Part shown: positions 20,370 through 29,359 of the stretch, in pieces
How positions within the stretch are numbered: the stretch's first letter is position 1
Layout: each line of letters opens with the position of its first letter
Origin: Singulisphaera sp. GP187
Lineage (GTDB): Bacteria; Planctomycetota; Planctomycetia; Gemmatales; Gemmataceae
Length of the DNA: 64,000 bases
Direction of reading: 5' to 3'
Assembly: GCA_945868575.1 (NCBI GenBank)
Contig: CAMBMH010000003.1
Span: 331-64,330, forward strand
The notes under the pieces: model-generated
What the model was told of the DNA's origin: nothing
The model's database searches: none
The model's input: only the letters and a program-made list of their open reading frames with translations
Made by a program: the position numbers and the translations under genes

Positions 20370-22151
20370 TTATTCCGTACCTTTGGTTGATAAAAACCTC
20401 AATTCCAAAGATTTGACATCGGCCACCCCTGTGCCTGGGATTTCCAAAGCCCGTAGTTGGAGCAGCCCCCTGCACTTCTCGAGCGAGAGCCGCCCAAGGG
20501 GCACTGCAACAAAATCCTTGACATACGACTCCCCGGCGCGTCGAGGGGACCGGTCGTTTTCCATACCCCGAAGGGGTGGATCATGAGGCCGGTTGAGGAC
20601 CGTCTCGCACTTTTGGTCCCCAAGAGACAACTCTACCCGGGCCCCGGCATCTTCTTTTTTCTGGGTCATGAACAGGGTCGCTTCATATTGTCCCGCGTTT
20701 GCGATTTCGACATCCCAAGTGATCGCGTCCGTCTTGCGAGACCAATTGGCAAAAAACGAATCATTGGGCGCCGGAGCGCTTCGAACCACACCACCTTTGG
20801 GTCTGCCATCACGAGCGGGCAGGGTGGTGTTGGGCATTTCCCGATAACCCACGGGGAAAGGGCGGTCGTCTTTTGTCATGGGAATTCCCACCTGTTTTTT
20901 CCACGAATCCAGCGCCTCAATCAGTTCCTGGTGAGTGGCCGAGTTTTGAAGAGTAATATCCCGTTTTTGGCCCGGATCGAGAGTGATGTCGTAAAGATTT
21001 TGGGTTGGATCAAGGCGATAGGTGTCGGTTCGGACGCTGGTCTTTCCCGCCCAATGGGTGAAGAGGATCCTTTGGGGCCAGGCGGGATTGTTGCCTGAAA
21101 GCAATGGGGAAATCGAAACGCCATCCATGGGTTTTTGCGGATTGTGGGGGATGTCGCACAATCGGGCCAGGGTGGGGAGGATGTCAATGGCGCCCACGAC
21201 TTGGGGGATTCGTTTGCCAGGCGGGATTTTTGCGGGAAACCGTACAAAGCAGGGGGAACGGATTCCCCCCTCGTCCAGAGAGCCTTTGCGCCCTTTCCAT
21301 GGTCCGTTGAATCGGTCGCCATTGGGCCCGTTGTCGCTAAGGTAAACGACAATCGTATTATTTTCTATCTTAAGTGTATTTAATACATCTAAAATCCGGC
21401 CAACATTGTCATCAATGTTTTCAACCATGGCAAGGGCTGCCCGGGTGAATCGTGGATCTTCCAGTTTGCTCCCCTTTTGAATCAGTTCCTTTTTTTCAAA
21501 ACGGTTCCAATAAGCGTCGGGAACCTGCATTGGCGAATGGGGAGTATTGAAAGAGACCATGCAAAAGAAAGGCGATTTCGATTTGTGCTTTTCTGTGATA
21601 AAACCGATCGCGTGAGTAGTCAGATCATCGGTCATATACCCATTTCCCCGAACGGTTTTTCCGTTGTGATCCATAGGGGCATCAAAATAAGTCCCCCAGT
21701 GACCGGAGGTATAGCCGTAAAACTCTTCAAAACCCCGGGCGAGTGGGTGATAAGGCCACTGTGTACCGTTATGCCATTTTCCAAAAAGTCCCGTCCGGTA
21801 ACCCGCCGCCCGGAAAATGTCGGCCATGGTCCTTTCGTCGAGATTTAGCCTCTCCCCGCCAAGCGAAACATCACGCACCCCACAGCGGGCGTGATACCGT
21901 CCTGTCAATAGTTCGGCCCGGGTTGGCGAGCAGACCGGACAGACAAAAAAGTTTTCAAGAGCCGCGCCTTCTTTTGCCAGGGAGTCTATCCGGGGAGTTT
22001 TGAGGTTGGTGTTACCATGAATGCCTAAATCGCCCCAGCCCTGATCATCGGCCAAAAAGAGGACTATGTTGGGTGGTGTTGCAAGGCATTTTCCGTGTGA
22101 AAAAACCACCAATTGCACCAGGAAAAGTAGTCCCAAAAAAAGGCGTTTCAT
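20370..22151 (-). CDS. Arylsulfatase (Cys-type) with C-terminal extension
   Basis: Signal peptide, NIVLFLADDQGWGDLG, active-site CSPTRAELLTGRY, GKWH. Confidence 0.9.
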   Translation of the reverse strand: MKRLFLGLLFLVQLVVFSHGKCLATPPNIVLFLADDQGWGDLGIHGNTNLKTPRIDSLAKEGAALENFFVCPVCSPTRAELLTGRYHARCGVRDVSLGGERLNLDERTMADIFRAAGYRTGLFGKWHNGTQWPYHPLARGFEEFYGYTSGHWGTYFDAPMDHNGKTVRGNGYMTDDLTTHAIGFITEKHKSKSPFFCMVSFNTPHSPMQVPDAYWNRFEKKELIQKGSKLEDPRFTRAALAMVENIDDNVGRILDVLNTLKIENNTIVVYLSDNGPNGDRFNGPWKGRKGSLDEGGIRSPCFVRFPAKIPPGKRIPQVVGAIDILPTLARLCDIPHNPQKPMDGVSISPLLSGNNPAWPQRILFTHWAGKTSVRTDTYRLDPTQNLYDITLDPGQKRDITLQNSATHQELIEALDSWKKQVGIPMTKDDRPFPVGYREMPNTTLPARDGRPKGGVVRSAPAPNDSFFANWSRKTDAITWDVEIANAGQYEATLFMTQKKEDAGARVELSLGDQKCETVLNRPHDPPLRGMENDRSPRRAGESYVKDFVAVPLGRLSLEKCRGLLQLRALEIPGTGVADVKSLELRFLSTKGTE

Positions 22152-22302
22152 CTCATCGGCCTTTCCCGATTTGATTCATCTTTCAATAGGTCCCAAGGAG
22201 GGACGGCCAAAGGTCTAAATGATTCTTTTTTGTCGCCAGCAGGTGCAGAATGTGCAGCAGTCCCCGTTTAATTCCGCCAAAAGCAGGAAACATTCCAACC
22301 CG

Positions 22303-23763
22303 CTAATTGTCGCCTGGCGAAACTATCCCCGCAGGACGGTTTCCTTTAGCTTTTGTTTTGGTGAGGCTATCCCCCAGATCCTGGCGACACTTATCCGCGA
22401 AAGAAAGGAGTTTTGCCACAATCTCCGGTTTTACTCCGGCTATGTTTTTGTCCTCAGCGGGGTTCAATTCCAAATCAAAAAGTTCAGGCCGCACGATCCT
22501 TTTTTGTTCATATTTCGAGGGAATTCCACCCGTGCCCCCAGGGTTGCCTGAAAGGGTCTGATAGTTATGTGGAAGCTGGAGTTTATAGCGCCCGTCGGCT
22601 GTGGAAACTGCCTGGAGCTGATTATCCAGATAATAAAAGGCGTATCCCTCATGTGCGTTTGTTGCGCCAGGTTTCCTCTGAATCCACTCCCAAACATCAA
22701 CACCGTCCAAGGGTGGGCCTTTTCGTTTGATCTGCAGTTGTGAGGCAATCGTAGGCAAAAGGTCGATGGTCATGAAATTGGCGTCCGATCGGGTTCCCGC
22801 TTCGAATTTTCCAGGCCAGGACATGATGCATGGCACCCGCACTCCCCCTTCGAAACAGGTTCCCTTTCCCTCGCGAAGAACACCGGCACTTCCCGCGTGT
22901 TCGCCATAACTGAGCCAAGGGCCATTGTCGCTAGTAAAAATAATCCAGGTGTTTTCCAGTACGTTGTTCTTTTCCAGAGTGGAGACAATCTGGCCAACAC
23001 TATCATCAATCTCCTCAATCACATCGCCAAGAACTCCGGCTTTGGATTTTCCCGCGAATTTTGGTCCTGCAAAAAGAGGCACATGGGGCATCGAATGGGC
23101 AAGATAGAGAAAAAATGGTCTGCCCGTTTTGGCATAATTGTCCACAAAACGGACTGATTCGGACGCATATTGGCTGGTCAGGGTCGCCTGATCTTCTGGT
23201 GTAACATCATCGTCAATTATTTTGTCATTTCGGATGAGTGGAAGCTTGGGGTAGCTTCCTTTTTTCGCCTCGGGGTGGCTGGGCCACATATCATTGGAGT
23301 AGGGAAGTCCAAAATAAGAGTCAAAACCGTGACGAGTGGGCAAAAACGGCGAACGATGCCCCAAATGCCATTTGCCGACTGCAGCCGTCTGGTAACCTAC
23401 CCCTTTTAGCAACTCCGCCAGGGTAACCTCGTTGGCATGGATCCCATGCCGGGCTTGTGGCCCGAGGGCACCCTGAATTCCTATCCGGTTGGGATAGCAC
23501 CCGGTAAGAATCGCCGCACGAGACGCGGAACATACAGGCTGGGCCACATGAAAGTTCGTAAAAGTCCGCCCATTTTTTGCCAGCTTGTCCAAATGGGGTG
23601 TGCGAATATTTTTGGCTCCAAAGGGACCAATATCCGCGTATCCAAGATCGTCACAAAAGATCAGGACAATGTTCGGGCGATTTTTCTGGTCATCTGCCTT
23701 CTGCTGATGGGGAATGGATGGTGACAGGCAAATTGCAAGCATACCCAAAAGGGGTGACAACAT
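22303..23763 (-). CDS. Arylsulfatase (Cys-type)
   Basis: NIVLIFCDDLGYADIG, active-site CSASRAAILTGCY (C-x-A-x-R variant), GKWHLG. Confidence 0.9.
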   Translation of the reverse strand: MLSPLLGMLAICLSPSIPHQQKADDQKNRPNIVLIFCDDLGYADIGPFGAKNIRTPHLDKLAKNGRTFTNFHVAQPVCSASRAAILTGCYPNRIGIQGALGPQARHGIHANEVTLAELLKGVGYQTAAVGKWHLGHRSPFLPTRHGFDSYFGLPYSNDMWPSHPEAKKGSYPKLPLIRNDKIIDDDVTPEDQATLTSQYASESVRFVDNYAKTGRPFFLYLAHSMPHVPLFAGPKFAGKSKAGVLGDVIEEIDDSVGQIVSTLEKNNVLENTWIIFTSDNGPWLSYGEHAGSAGVLREGKGTCFEGGVRVPCIMSWPGKFEAGTRSDANFMTIDLLPTIASQLQIKRKGPPLDGVDVWEWIQRKPGATNAHEGYAFYYLDNQLQAVSTADGRYKLQLPHNYQTLSGNPGGTGGIPSKYEQKRIVRPELFDLELNPAEDKNIAGVKPEIVAKLLSFADKCRQDLGDSLTKTKAKGNRPAGIVSPGDN

Positions 23764-23996
23764 GGCTGGTTTTCCAAAAGGTATTGATGTTCGGCTATCC
23801 TAGGAAAAAGGTGACCACGAAAAACCACAACCGATTTGCATTTCTTGGTGCCGATTCCAAGCAAATCTGGCTTCAACCTTTTGCCCTCAAAATCACGCTA
23901 AACGGTGTCAATCTGGTAACGAAACCATCATAGAATCCAATAATGCCCCAGCTTGCATGGGGAATTGTTCCCAAACTGTTCCCGGAAAGGGGATCC

Positions 23997-25118
23997 ATGG
24001 GCCCCACCCTCAAATCCATAACCCTTTGTGGTTTCCGTTCGATAGGCCAATTGCACCAATTTCCGCTTGATAATATCAACATCCTGATCGGCGCAAATGG
24101 CGCCGGCAAAAGCAACTTCATCGAATTCTTCCGGATGATGCGCGCGATCGTTGATAGGGCGCTGCCAAGATATGTCCGAAACAGGGGAGGCGGTTCTGGA
24201 TTTTTCCACCTTGGCCCAAAGCATACCCCCAGAATTCACGCAGATCTCGACTTTGGCGACCTTGGTTATCGGTTTGAAATCGGCTTGACCGCTTCGGATG
24301 GGCTGCAATTAATTGACGAGAGGGTGCGTGATTCCCCCTTGGCACCGGGAACCAGCCACTGGGTGGAATTGCCAACGGGTCTATTGGATTCAATCCTCCC
24401 AAAACATCGTTTCCCAACCGAGGTTTCAGGCAAGACTACCGAAATTGCCACCAGGGTTTTTGAAGCCCTATCCCAATGGATCGTTTACCATTTTCATGAC
24501 ACCAGCCGTTTGGCCCCGATGCGCATGCCCCATGAAGCACGCGATAGCGAATGGTTGCGCCATGACGCATCGAACATTGCCTCGGTCTTGTGCAAATTAC
24601 GCGAAAAAGATCCGGACAGCTACGGGTTAATGCGGGACACGGTCCGCCTGGGGGCGCCTTTTTTTGACGACTTTGTCTTGCGCCCCGAGGATTGTGGAGG
24701 AGTGGAACGGATCCGCCTTGAATGGAAACAAACGGGAAGTGATTAACCGTTTCAGCCGATGGATCTTTCTGATGGAACCATCCGTTTTGTCTGTTTGACG
24801 GTTGCTCTCCTCCAGCCCCACCCGCCGGGAACCCTGGTAATTGACGAACCTGAACTTGGTCTGCATCCATGTGGCTTGGCTCTGGTGGCGAACCTTGTCC
24901 GTTCGGTTTCCAAAAAAGCACAAATCCTCATTTCCACCCAATCCCCCGTCTTTTTGGACCATTTTGATCCGGAGCATGTTGTCGTGGCAACAAGGCGCAA
25001 GGGAGAGTCCTGTTTTGAGCGACTTTCAGGCGATGCCTGGAAGGAATGGCTTGACGATTACACCCTTGGCGAATTGTGGCAAAAGAACATCTGTGGTGGA
25101 GCCCCCAACCATGAATAG
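23997..25118 (+). pseudogene. ABC/AAA_21-type ATPase interrupted by an in-frame TAA at 24744-24746
   Basis: ORFs 23943..24746 and 24759..25118 are in the same frame. The N-half has Walker A GANGAGKS. The C-half has LSDGTIRF (signature-like), LVIDEPELGLHP (Walker B/D-loop) and ISTQSP. Likely start is MGPTLKSITLCGFRSIG at 23997 with GGGGA upstream. Read through, the gene is 373 aa. Confidence 0.8.
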
Positions 25119-25875
25119 GGACTTAAACTATGGAAATCAGCAAATCAAACGGGTTTTCGTATTGGTCGAAGGGCGCACGGAGGAACTCTTTGTGCGTGAA
25201 GTACTGGGACCATGGCTTGATGCCCGGGGTGTCCTGATCACTGCCCACCAGATGGGCAAACCGGGACACCGTGGAGGTATTGGGGAGTACCCAAGGGCAC
25301 AAAGGGAGATTGTCAATTGGCTTTGTCGTGACCGGTCTTCCATCCTGACAACACTCTTTGATTTTTACGGCATGCCCGATTCCTGGCCCGGACGGATTCA
25401 CGCCGCAGGACTCCCCTATCCCGACAAAGCCCTTTGGGTGGAAAAAGCGATTCACGAGGACATTGTGCTTGGAATGGGGCACCGATTTCCCCCGGAGCGC
25501 TTTATACCCCATGTCCAGATCCACGAATTCGAAGCGCTGGTTTTTACCGATCCCCATATGCTTTGCGAAGTTTTACGGGCTCCGGAAATGCTCGAAATTG
25601 TGGATGATATTCGCAACGATTACGCAAACCCCGAGATGATCAACGACAGTCCCGAAACAGCCCCATCAAAGCGCCTCTTGCGGATCTTTGATCATTATCG
25701 AAAGACGATTCACGGAGTGATCACCACCAAGCGCGTTGGCCTTCCGGCGTTGCGCCGGGCCTGCCCCCATTTTGATCTTTGGGTAAGCAAACTGGAAAAC
25801 CTTGCATCAAAAAACTTTGGACAAGGGTCCTTTGCGAAGGGAAATTTTCCGGACAGCGCCCATTATCGCCAATGA
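25111..25875 (+). CDS. DUF4276 family protein (Toprim-like?)
   Basis: ATG 25111 overlaps the ATPase stop (ATGAATAG). Motifs VFVLVEGRTEELFV, TLFDFYGMP, HEFEALVF and PSKRL match my recollection of DUF4276. The ORF-track N-terminal extension (24841..25110) is not protein-like. Confidence 0.8.
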   Translation: MNRDLNYGNQQIKRVFVLVEGRTEELFVREVLGPWLDARGVLITAHQMGKPGHRGGIGEYPRAQREIVNWLCRDRSSILTTLFDFYGMPDSWPGRIHAAGLPYPDKALWVEKAIHEDIVLGMGHRFPPERFIPHVQIHEFEALVFTDPHMLCEVLRAPEMLEIVDDIRNDYANPEMINDSPETAPSKRLLRIFDHYRKTIHGVITTKRVGLPALRRACPHFDLWVSKLENLASKNFGQGSFAKGNFPDSAHYRQ

Positions 25876-26519
25876 ATGTCTGATAAAAGGGCTTCACGAC
25901 CGGGAGGAACATTCGTTCTCTCGCGAATGGAGCAATAGCCGAATCCGCCCAGGCGCCCCACAGCATCAAGTTCTGCGGGGTCAATATGAAGACGGTCGTT
26001 TGCCAACGAATCGGCCACATGGATCATTACGATCTCACCGAGAATCAGGTTTCCCGCCCCCGGTACGCCTGGTTTGAACCGTGTGATGGAGTGGGTTTCG
26101 CATTCCAATGTGATCCTTGCTTCTGCCACTCTGGGCGCATCGACCATCTCCGCCCGAATCGGGGTCAGGCCGGAAAGATCGAATTCACTCTCCTCGGGTG
26201 GAAGCGCCTCTGCACAGGATACAACCTGGCTGAGGATTTCGCGATGAGCAATGCTAATTGTAAACCCCCCGCGGCCCCCTTCCGAAACGGCAAAGAGATT
26301 ACGCAAGGAGTCCTTTGGTTCCCCTTTCGCATTGTTGGCAATCCCCAACATGACCAGCATCGGATCCGCGCTCACGGCGTTGAAAAAGCTGAAAGGCGCG
26401 ACATTGGCGACATTTCCCGGTCCGTATGTGCCGACAACCGCGATGGGTCGTGGCACAACCGAGCCAATAAGCAGGTTGTAGCGGACCTTGGGGTCAAGCT
26501 TGGCAGGATCGATCTTCAT
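25863..26519 (-). CDS. Flavin reductase-like (FMN-binding split-barrel) protein
   Basis: VVPRPIAVVGTYGPGNVANVAPFSFFNAVSADP and KDSLRNL are typical of the flavin reductase domain. The 3' end overlaps the DUF4276 gene convergently by 13 nt. Confidence 0.85.
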   Translation of the reverse strand: MKIDPAKLDPKVRYNLLIGSVVPRPIAVVGTYGPGNVANVAPFSFFNAVSADPMLVMLGIANNAKGEPKDSLRNLFAVSEGGRGGFTISIAHREILSQVVSCAEALPPEESEFDLSGLTPIRAEMVDAPRVAEARITLECETHSITRFKPGVPGAGNLILGEIVMIHVADSLANDRLHIDPAELDAVGRLGGFGYCSIRERTNVPPGREALLSDIHWR

Positions 26520-26578
26520 GGAATATCTCCCGGTGAAAAAAGGGTCCGGCCAGTTGATGGCCCAATGACATATGGCGG

Positions 26579-27952
26579 CTATTTCGCCGATTTGAACAAA
26601 ACAAGACTTTTTCGACCGCTTTTTTCGTATTTTTCACGCCTTGCTGGGGGAAGATCCTCCGGCGAACCCGGGCTGAAGCCGCCCTTTTGCTGGAAAAAGT
26701 TGAAGGTCTGCGTCGAAAGGCAAAATATCCTGGCAAAGCCCGTGCTTCGTGCCTGGTTCTCGGCAAACTGCATAAGCCTCTTCCCGATTCCCTGGTTTTC
26801 ATAGCGGGGATCCACGCACAAACATGCAAGCTCCACCATGCTCTTTTCGGGGAAAGGATGCACGGCGACACAACCAACAGGCTCGCGATCAACCTCGAAC
26901 ACAAAGAAATCTTCCGCCTGGCGTTCGATTTCGGTCCGGGTACGCTTGAGGAGTTCATCGTTGGCGACCGATTTCGCAATTAAGCGGTGAATGGCAGGCG
27001 CGTCCTTTTTGCGGGCACGACGAATCGCCTGGTATTCGTTGGCATGGATTAGCGTCCCAATGCCTTCATTGGAAAACACCTCCGCAAGCAACCCTTCCTC
27101 AACCCGGCCATCGATGATATGAACCCTAGGAATTCCACCTTCGACAGCCTTGAGCGCCTGATCGAGTTTGGAAAGCACATCAGGAGGCAATTCGGTTCGA
27201 CCCCGTTTGGCAAGCGCGGATGCTTCCTCCTGGGAAAGTTGGCGCAAAAGGACATGTTTGTCCGGAGCAGCACCGCGAAGCTCGGAATGACCCAGTCCCA
27301 AAACTTCCGCCGCTTTGGAACGGGAAATCTCGATCCCCTGGCGGGTTGTCAGGTAAACGATTTTTGTCGCCTGGAGAGCCCGGGCCAGTTCGACCGCAAC
27401 AATATCGCTATTAAGCCGGTACGATTTACCCTCGCCGTCATACCCAATGGGGGGGACCACTGGCACCATGTCAATGCTCAAAAGGCTGCGAATCATCTCC
27501 GAATCGATCCGCTCGACGCGGCCGGTGTGGAGGTGATCAATCCCTGAAAGGATTCCGGCAGGATGGGCGACCACCGCATTGGTCACCGCGCCCCGAAGGT
27601 CCGCCTGGCTTAAGCCTTCCAGAAGTTCATGGCTGACACGCCCGGAAGCAAGCAATGCAAGCTGTAAAGTTTGCTCGTCGGTCACCCCTGATCCATCGAG
27701 ATTGCTCGGCACCTTGCCCATCTGCTGTCCAAGACGCTCCAATTGGTGTGCGGCTCCATGAACCAAAACCACTCCAACCCGCAGCGACCGCAAAAGCGCG
27801 AGATCCAGTAGTACATTCCGGAAATTTTCGTCCTCCACCACCGCACCATCGACCGCGATGACAAAGACTCGGTCTCGGAATCGGGGCACATAGCGAAGAA
27901 TTTCACGCAGGTCGATCAATCGGCGTCCGGATTGGTGGGGGCCTTCACTCAT
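26579..27952 (-). CDS. argA: Amino-acid N-acetyltransferase (N-acetylglutamate synthase; AAK + GNAT)
   Basis: Start MSEGPHQ at 27952. The amino-acid kinase domain has FVIAVDGAVVEDENF...VLVHGAAHQL. The C-terminal GNAT has YENQGIGKRLMQFAE. Confidence 0.85.
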   Translation of the reverse strand: MSEGPHQSGRRLIDLREILRYVPRFRDRVFVIAVDGAVVEDENFRNVLLDLALLRSLRVGVVLVHGAAHQLERLGQQMGKVPSNLDGSGVTDEQTLQLALLASGRVSHELLEGLSQADLRGAVTNAVVAHPAGILSGIDHLHTGRVERIDSEMIRSLLSIDMVPVVPPIGYDGEGKSYRLNSDIVAVELARALQATKIVYLTTRQGIEISRSKAAEVLGLGHSELRGAAPDKHVLLRQLSQEEASALAKRGRTELPPDVLSKLDQALKAVEGGIPRVHIIDGRVEEGLLAEVFSNEGIGTLIHANEYQAIRRARKKDAPAIHRLIAKSVANDELLKRTRTEIERQAEDFFVFEVDREPVGCVAVHPFPEKSMVELACLCVDPRYENQGIGKRLMQFAENQARSTGFARIFCLSTQTFNFFQQKGGFSPGSPEDLPPARREKYEKSGRKSLVLFKSAK

Positions 27953-28116
27953 TGAGAGGGTTTCCGAAGGGATTTGGCCTGCCAACACCCGCGGCTTGCC
28001 CACTCCCTATGAAATCAAAGCTAGTGTGCCCGGCCCGTGGGGCAAGTTGAACGCCAAAGACGCTACCCTAAGATAACATAAAGATCCGATTTCATCCCAA
28101 CTCCCGGGGGTTACGA

Positions 28117-29190
28117 ATGAGCAGCCAAGGCATCGAGAAGGTGGTCATCGTCGGTTCCGGCCCAGCGGGTTGGGCGGCTGCAATTTATGCGGCTCGCGCC
28201 AGCCTTGTCCCCCTTGTTTTCGAGGGCGCCATCACCGAAGCAAACCGCCTCAAGGGAACTCTCCCCCTCGGTCAACTCAACCTGACCACCGAAGTCGAAA
28301 ACTTTCCTGGTTTTCCTGCCGGCCCCCTGCGCGAATATCTTGCAGGGGCGCTTCCCGAAGATCGCCGACCTTTTTGGGTTCTCGACAATGACAAACAGCC
28401 AGCCCACGGTGTCACGGGCCCGGAACTTATGGAGTTGATGCGTCAACAAGCGGTCAACTGTGGTGCAAAAATTGTCACCGATGACATCATCAATGTTGAT
28501 TTCTCCAAGCGTCCATTCACCCTGACCTCCATCGAAAACGGAACCGTTCAGGCCCACGCGGTAATCATCGCAACCGGCGCCCGCGCCAACTACATCGGCC
28601 TCCCTTCCGAAGAGACCTATAAGAACCGGGGCGTTTCCGCCTGTGCGGTGTGTGATGGAGCCCTTCCCCGATTCCGCAACAAACCCCTGGTGGTCGTGGG
28701 CGGTGGTGACAGCGCGGTAGAAGAAGCAAGCTACCTGTCCAAATTTGCAAGCGTGGTGTACCTTGTTCATCGTCGTGACAAGTTGCGTGCTAGCAAAGTG
28801 ATGGAGAAACGCGCCCTTGCCAATCCCAAGATCACTCCAGTATGGAATGCCCAAGTAGTGGAGTGTCTTGGTAACGACACCGAGGGGCTCACCGGCGTTA
28901 AGATCAAATCAACGGTGGATGGATCGTTTAGGGAAATCACCGCGACGGGTCTCTTCGTTGCAATTGGCCACACCCCCAACACCGACTTCCTTGGTGGACA
29001 ACTTGAAACCAATGAAAAGGGTTATGTCAAATGGCCTGTCGCCCACCGGACCAATAGCTCGGTTGAAGGCATCTTCGCCGCAGGCGATGTGGGTGATGAC
29101 TATTACAGGCAAGCGATCACTGCCGCAGCTTCGGGCTGTCAATCGGCCCTGGATGCCGAGCGTTGGCTGTCCGCACAGGGAATCGACTAG
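28117..29190 (+). CDS. trxB: Thioredoxin-disulfide reductase
   Basis: [15 protein letters not shown], redox centre [27 protein letters not shown]. Carries an extra ~30 aa after ENFPGFP compared with E. coli TrxB as I remember it. Confidence 0.93.
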   Translation: MSSQGIEKVVIVGSGPAGWAAAIYAARASLVPLVFEGAITEANRLKGTLPLGQLNLTTEVENFPGFPAGPLREYLAGALPEDRRPFWVLDNDKQPAHGVTGPELMELMRQQAVNCGAKIVTDDIINVDFSKRPFTLTSIENGTVQAHAVIIATGARANYIGLPSEETYKNRGVSACAVCDGALPRFRNKPLVVVGGGDSAVEEASYLSKFASVVYLVHRRDKLRASKVMEKRALANPKITPVWNAQVVECLGNDTEGLTGVKIKSTVDGSFREITATGLFVAIGHTPNTDFLGGQLETNEKGYVKWPVAHRTNSSVEGIFAAGDVGDDYYRQAITAAASGCQSALDAERWLSAQGID

Positions 29191-29226
29191 GAGCGTGACT
29201 ACCCCCTTTGGGTTTTTGCGATAGTT

Positions 29227-29270
29227 GGGACACCGGAGCGATTTGCGCCTTGCCGGTGTCCCCAGCTTTT
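29227..29270 (+). terminator. Rho-independent terminator candidate downstream of trxB
   Basis: Perfect 10-bp stem gggacaccgg / ccggtgtccc with a 16-nt loop, followed by cagcTTTT. Begins 37 nt after the trxB stop. Confidence 0.6.
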
Positions 29271-29359
29271 GAGAACACGGGTCCTTTCCGTTAAAACCAT
29301 TCCGCCTTCAGGAATTTTTTCTCATAATTTACCCCACCACAACGATTTTCGAGGTCTGA

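Noticed and set aside
24841-25110. N-terminal 90-codon extension of the DUF4276 ORF, overlapping the ATPase 3' end in another frame.
   Set aside because: The extension (MTNLNLVCIHVAWLWWRTLSVRFPKKHKSS...) is not protein-like. The family-typical N-terminus (…KRVFVLVEGRTEE) begins right after ATG 25111, which overlaps the ATPase stop.
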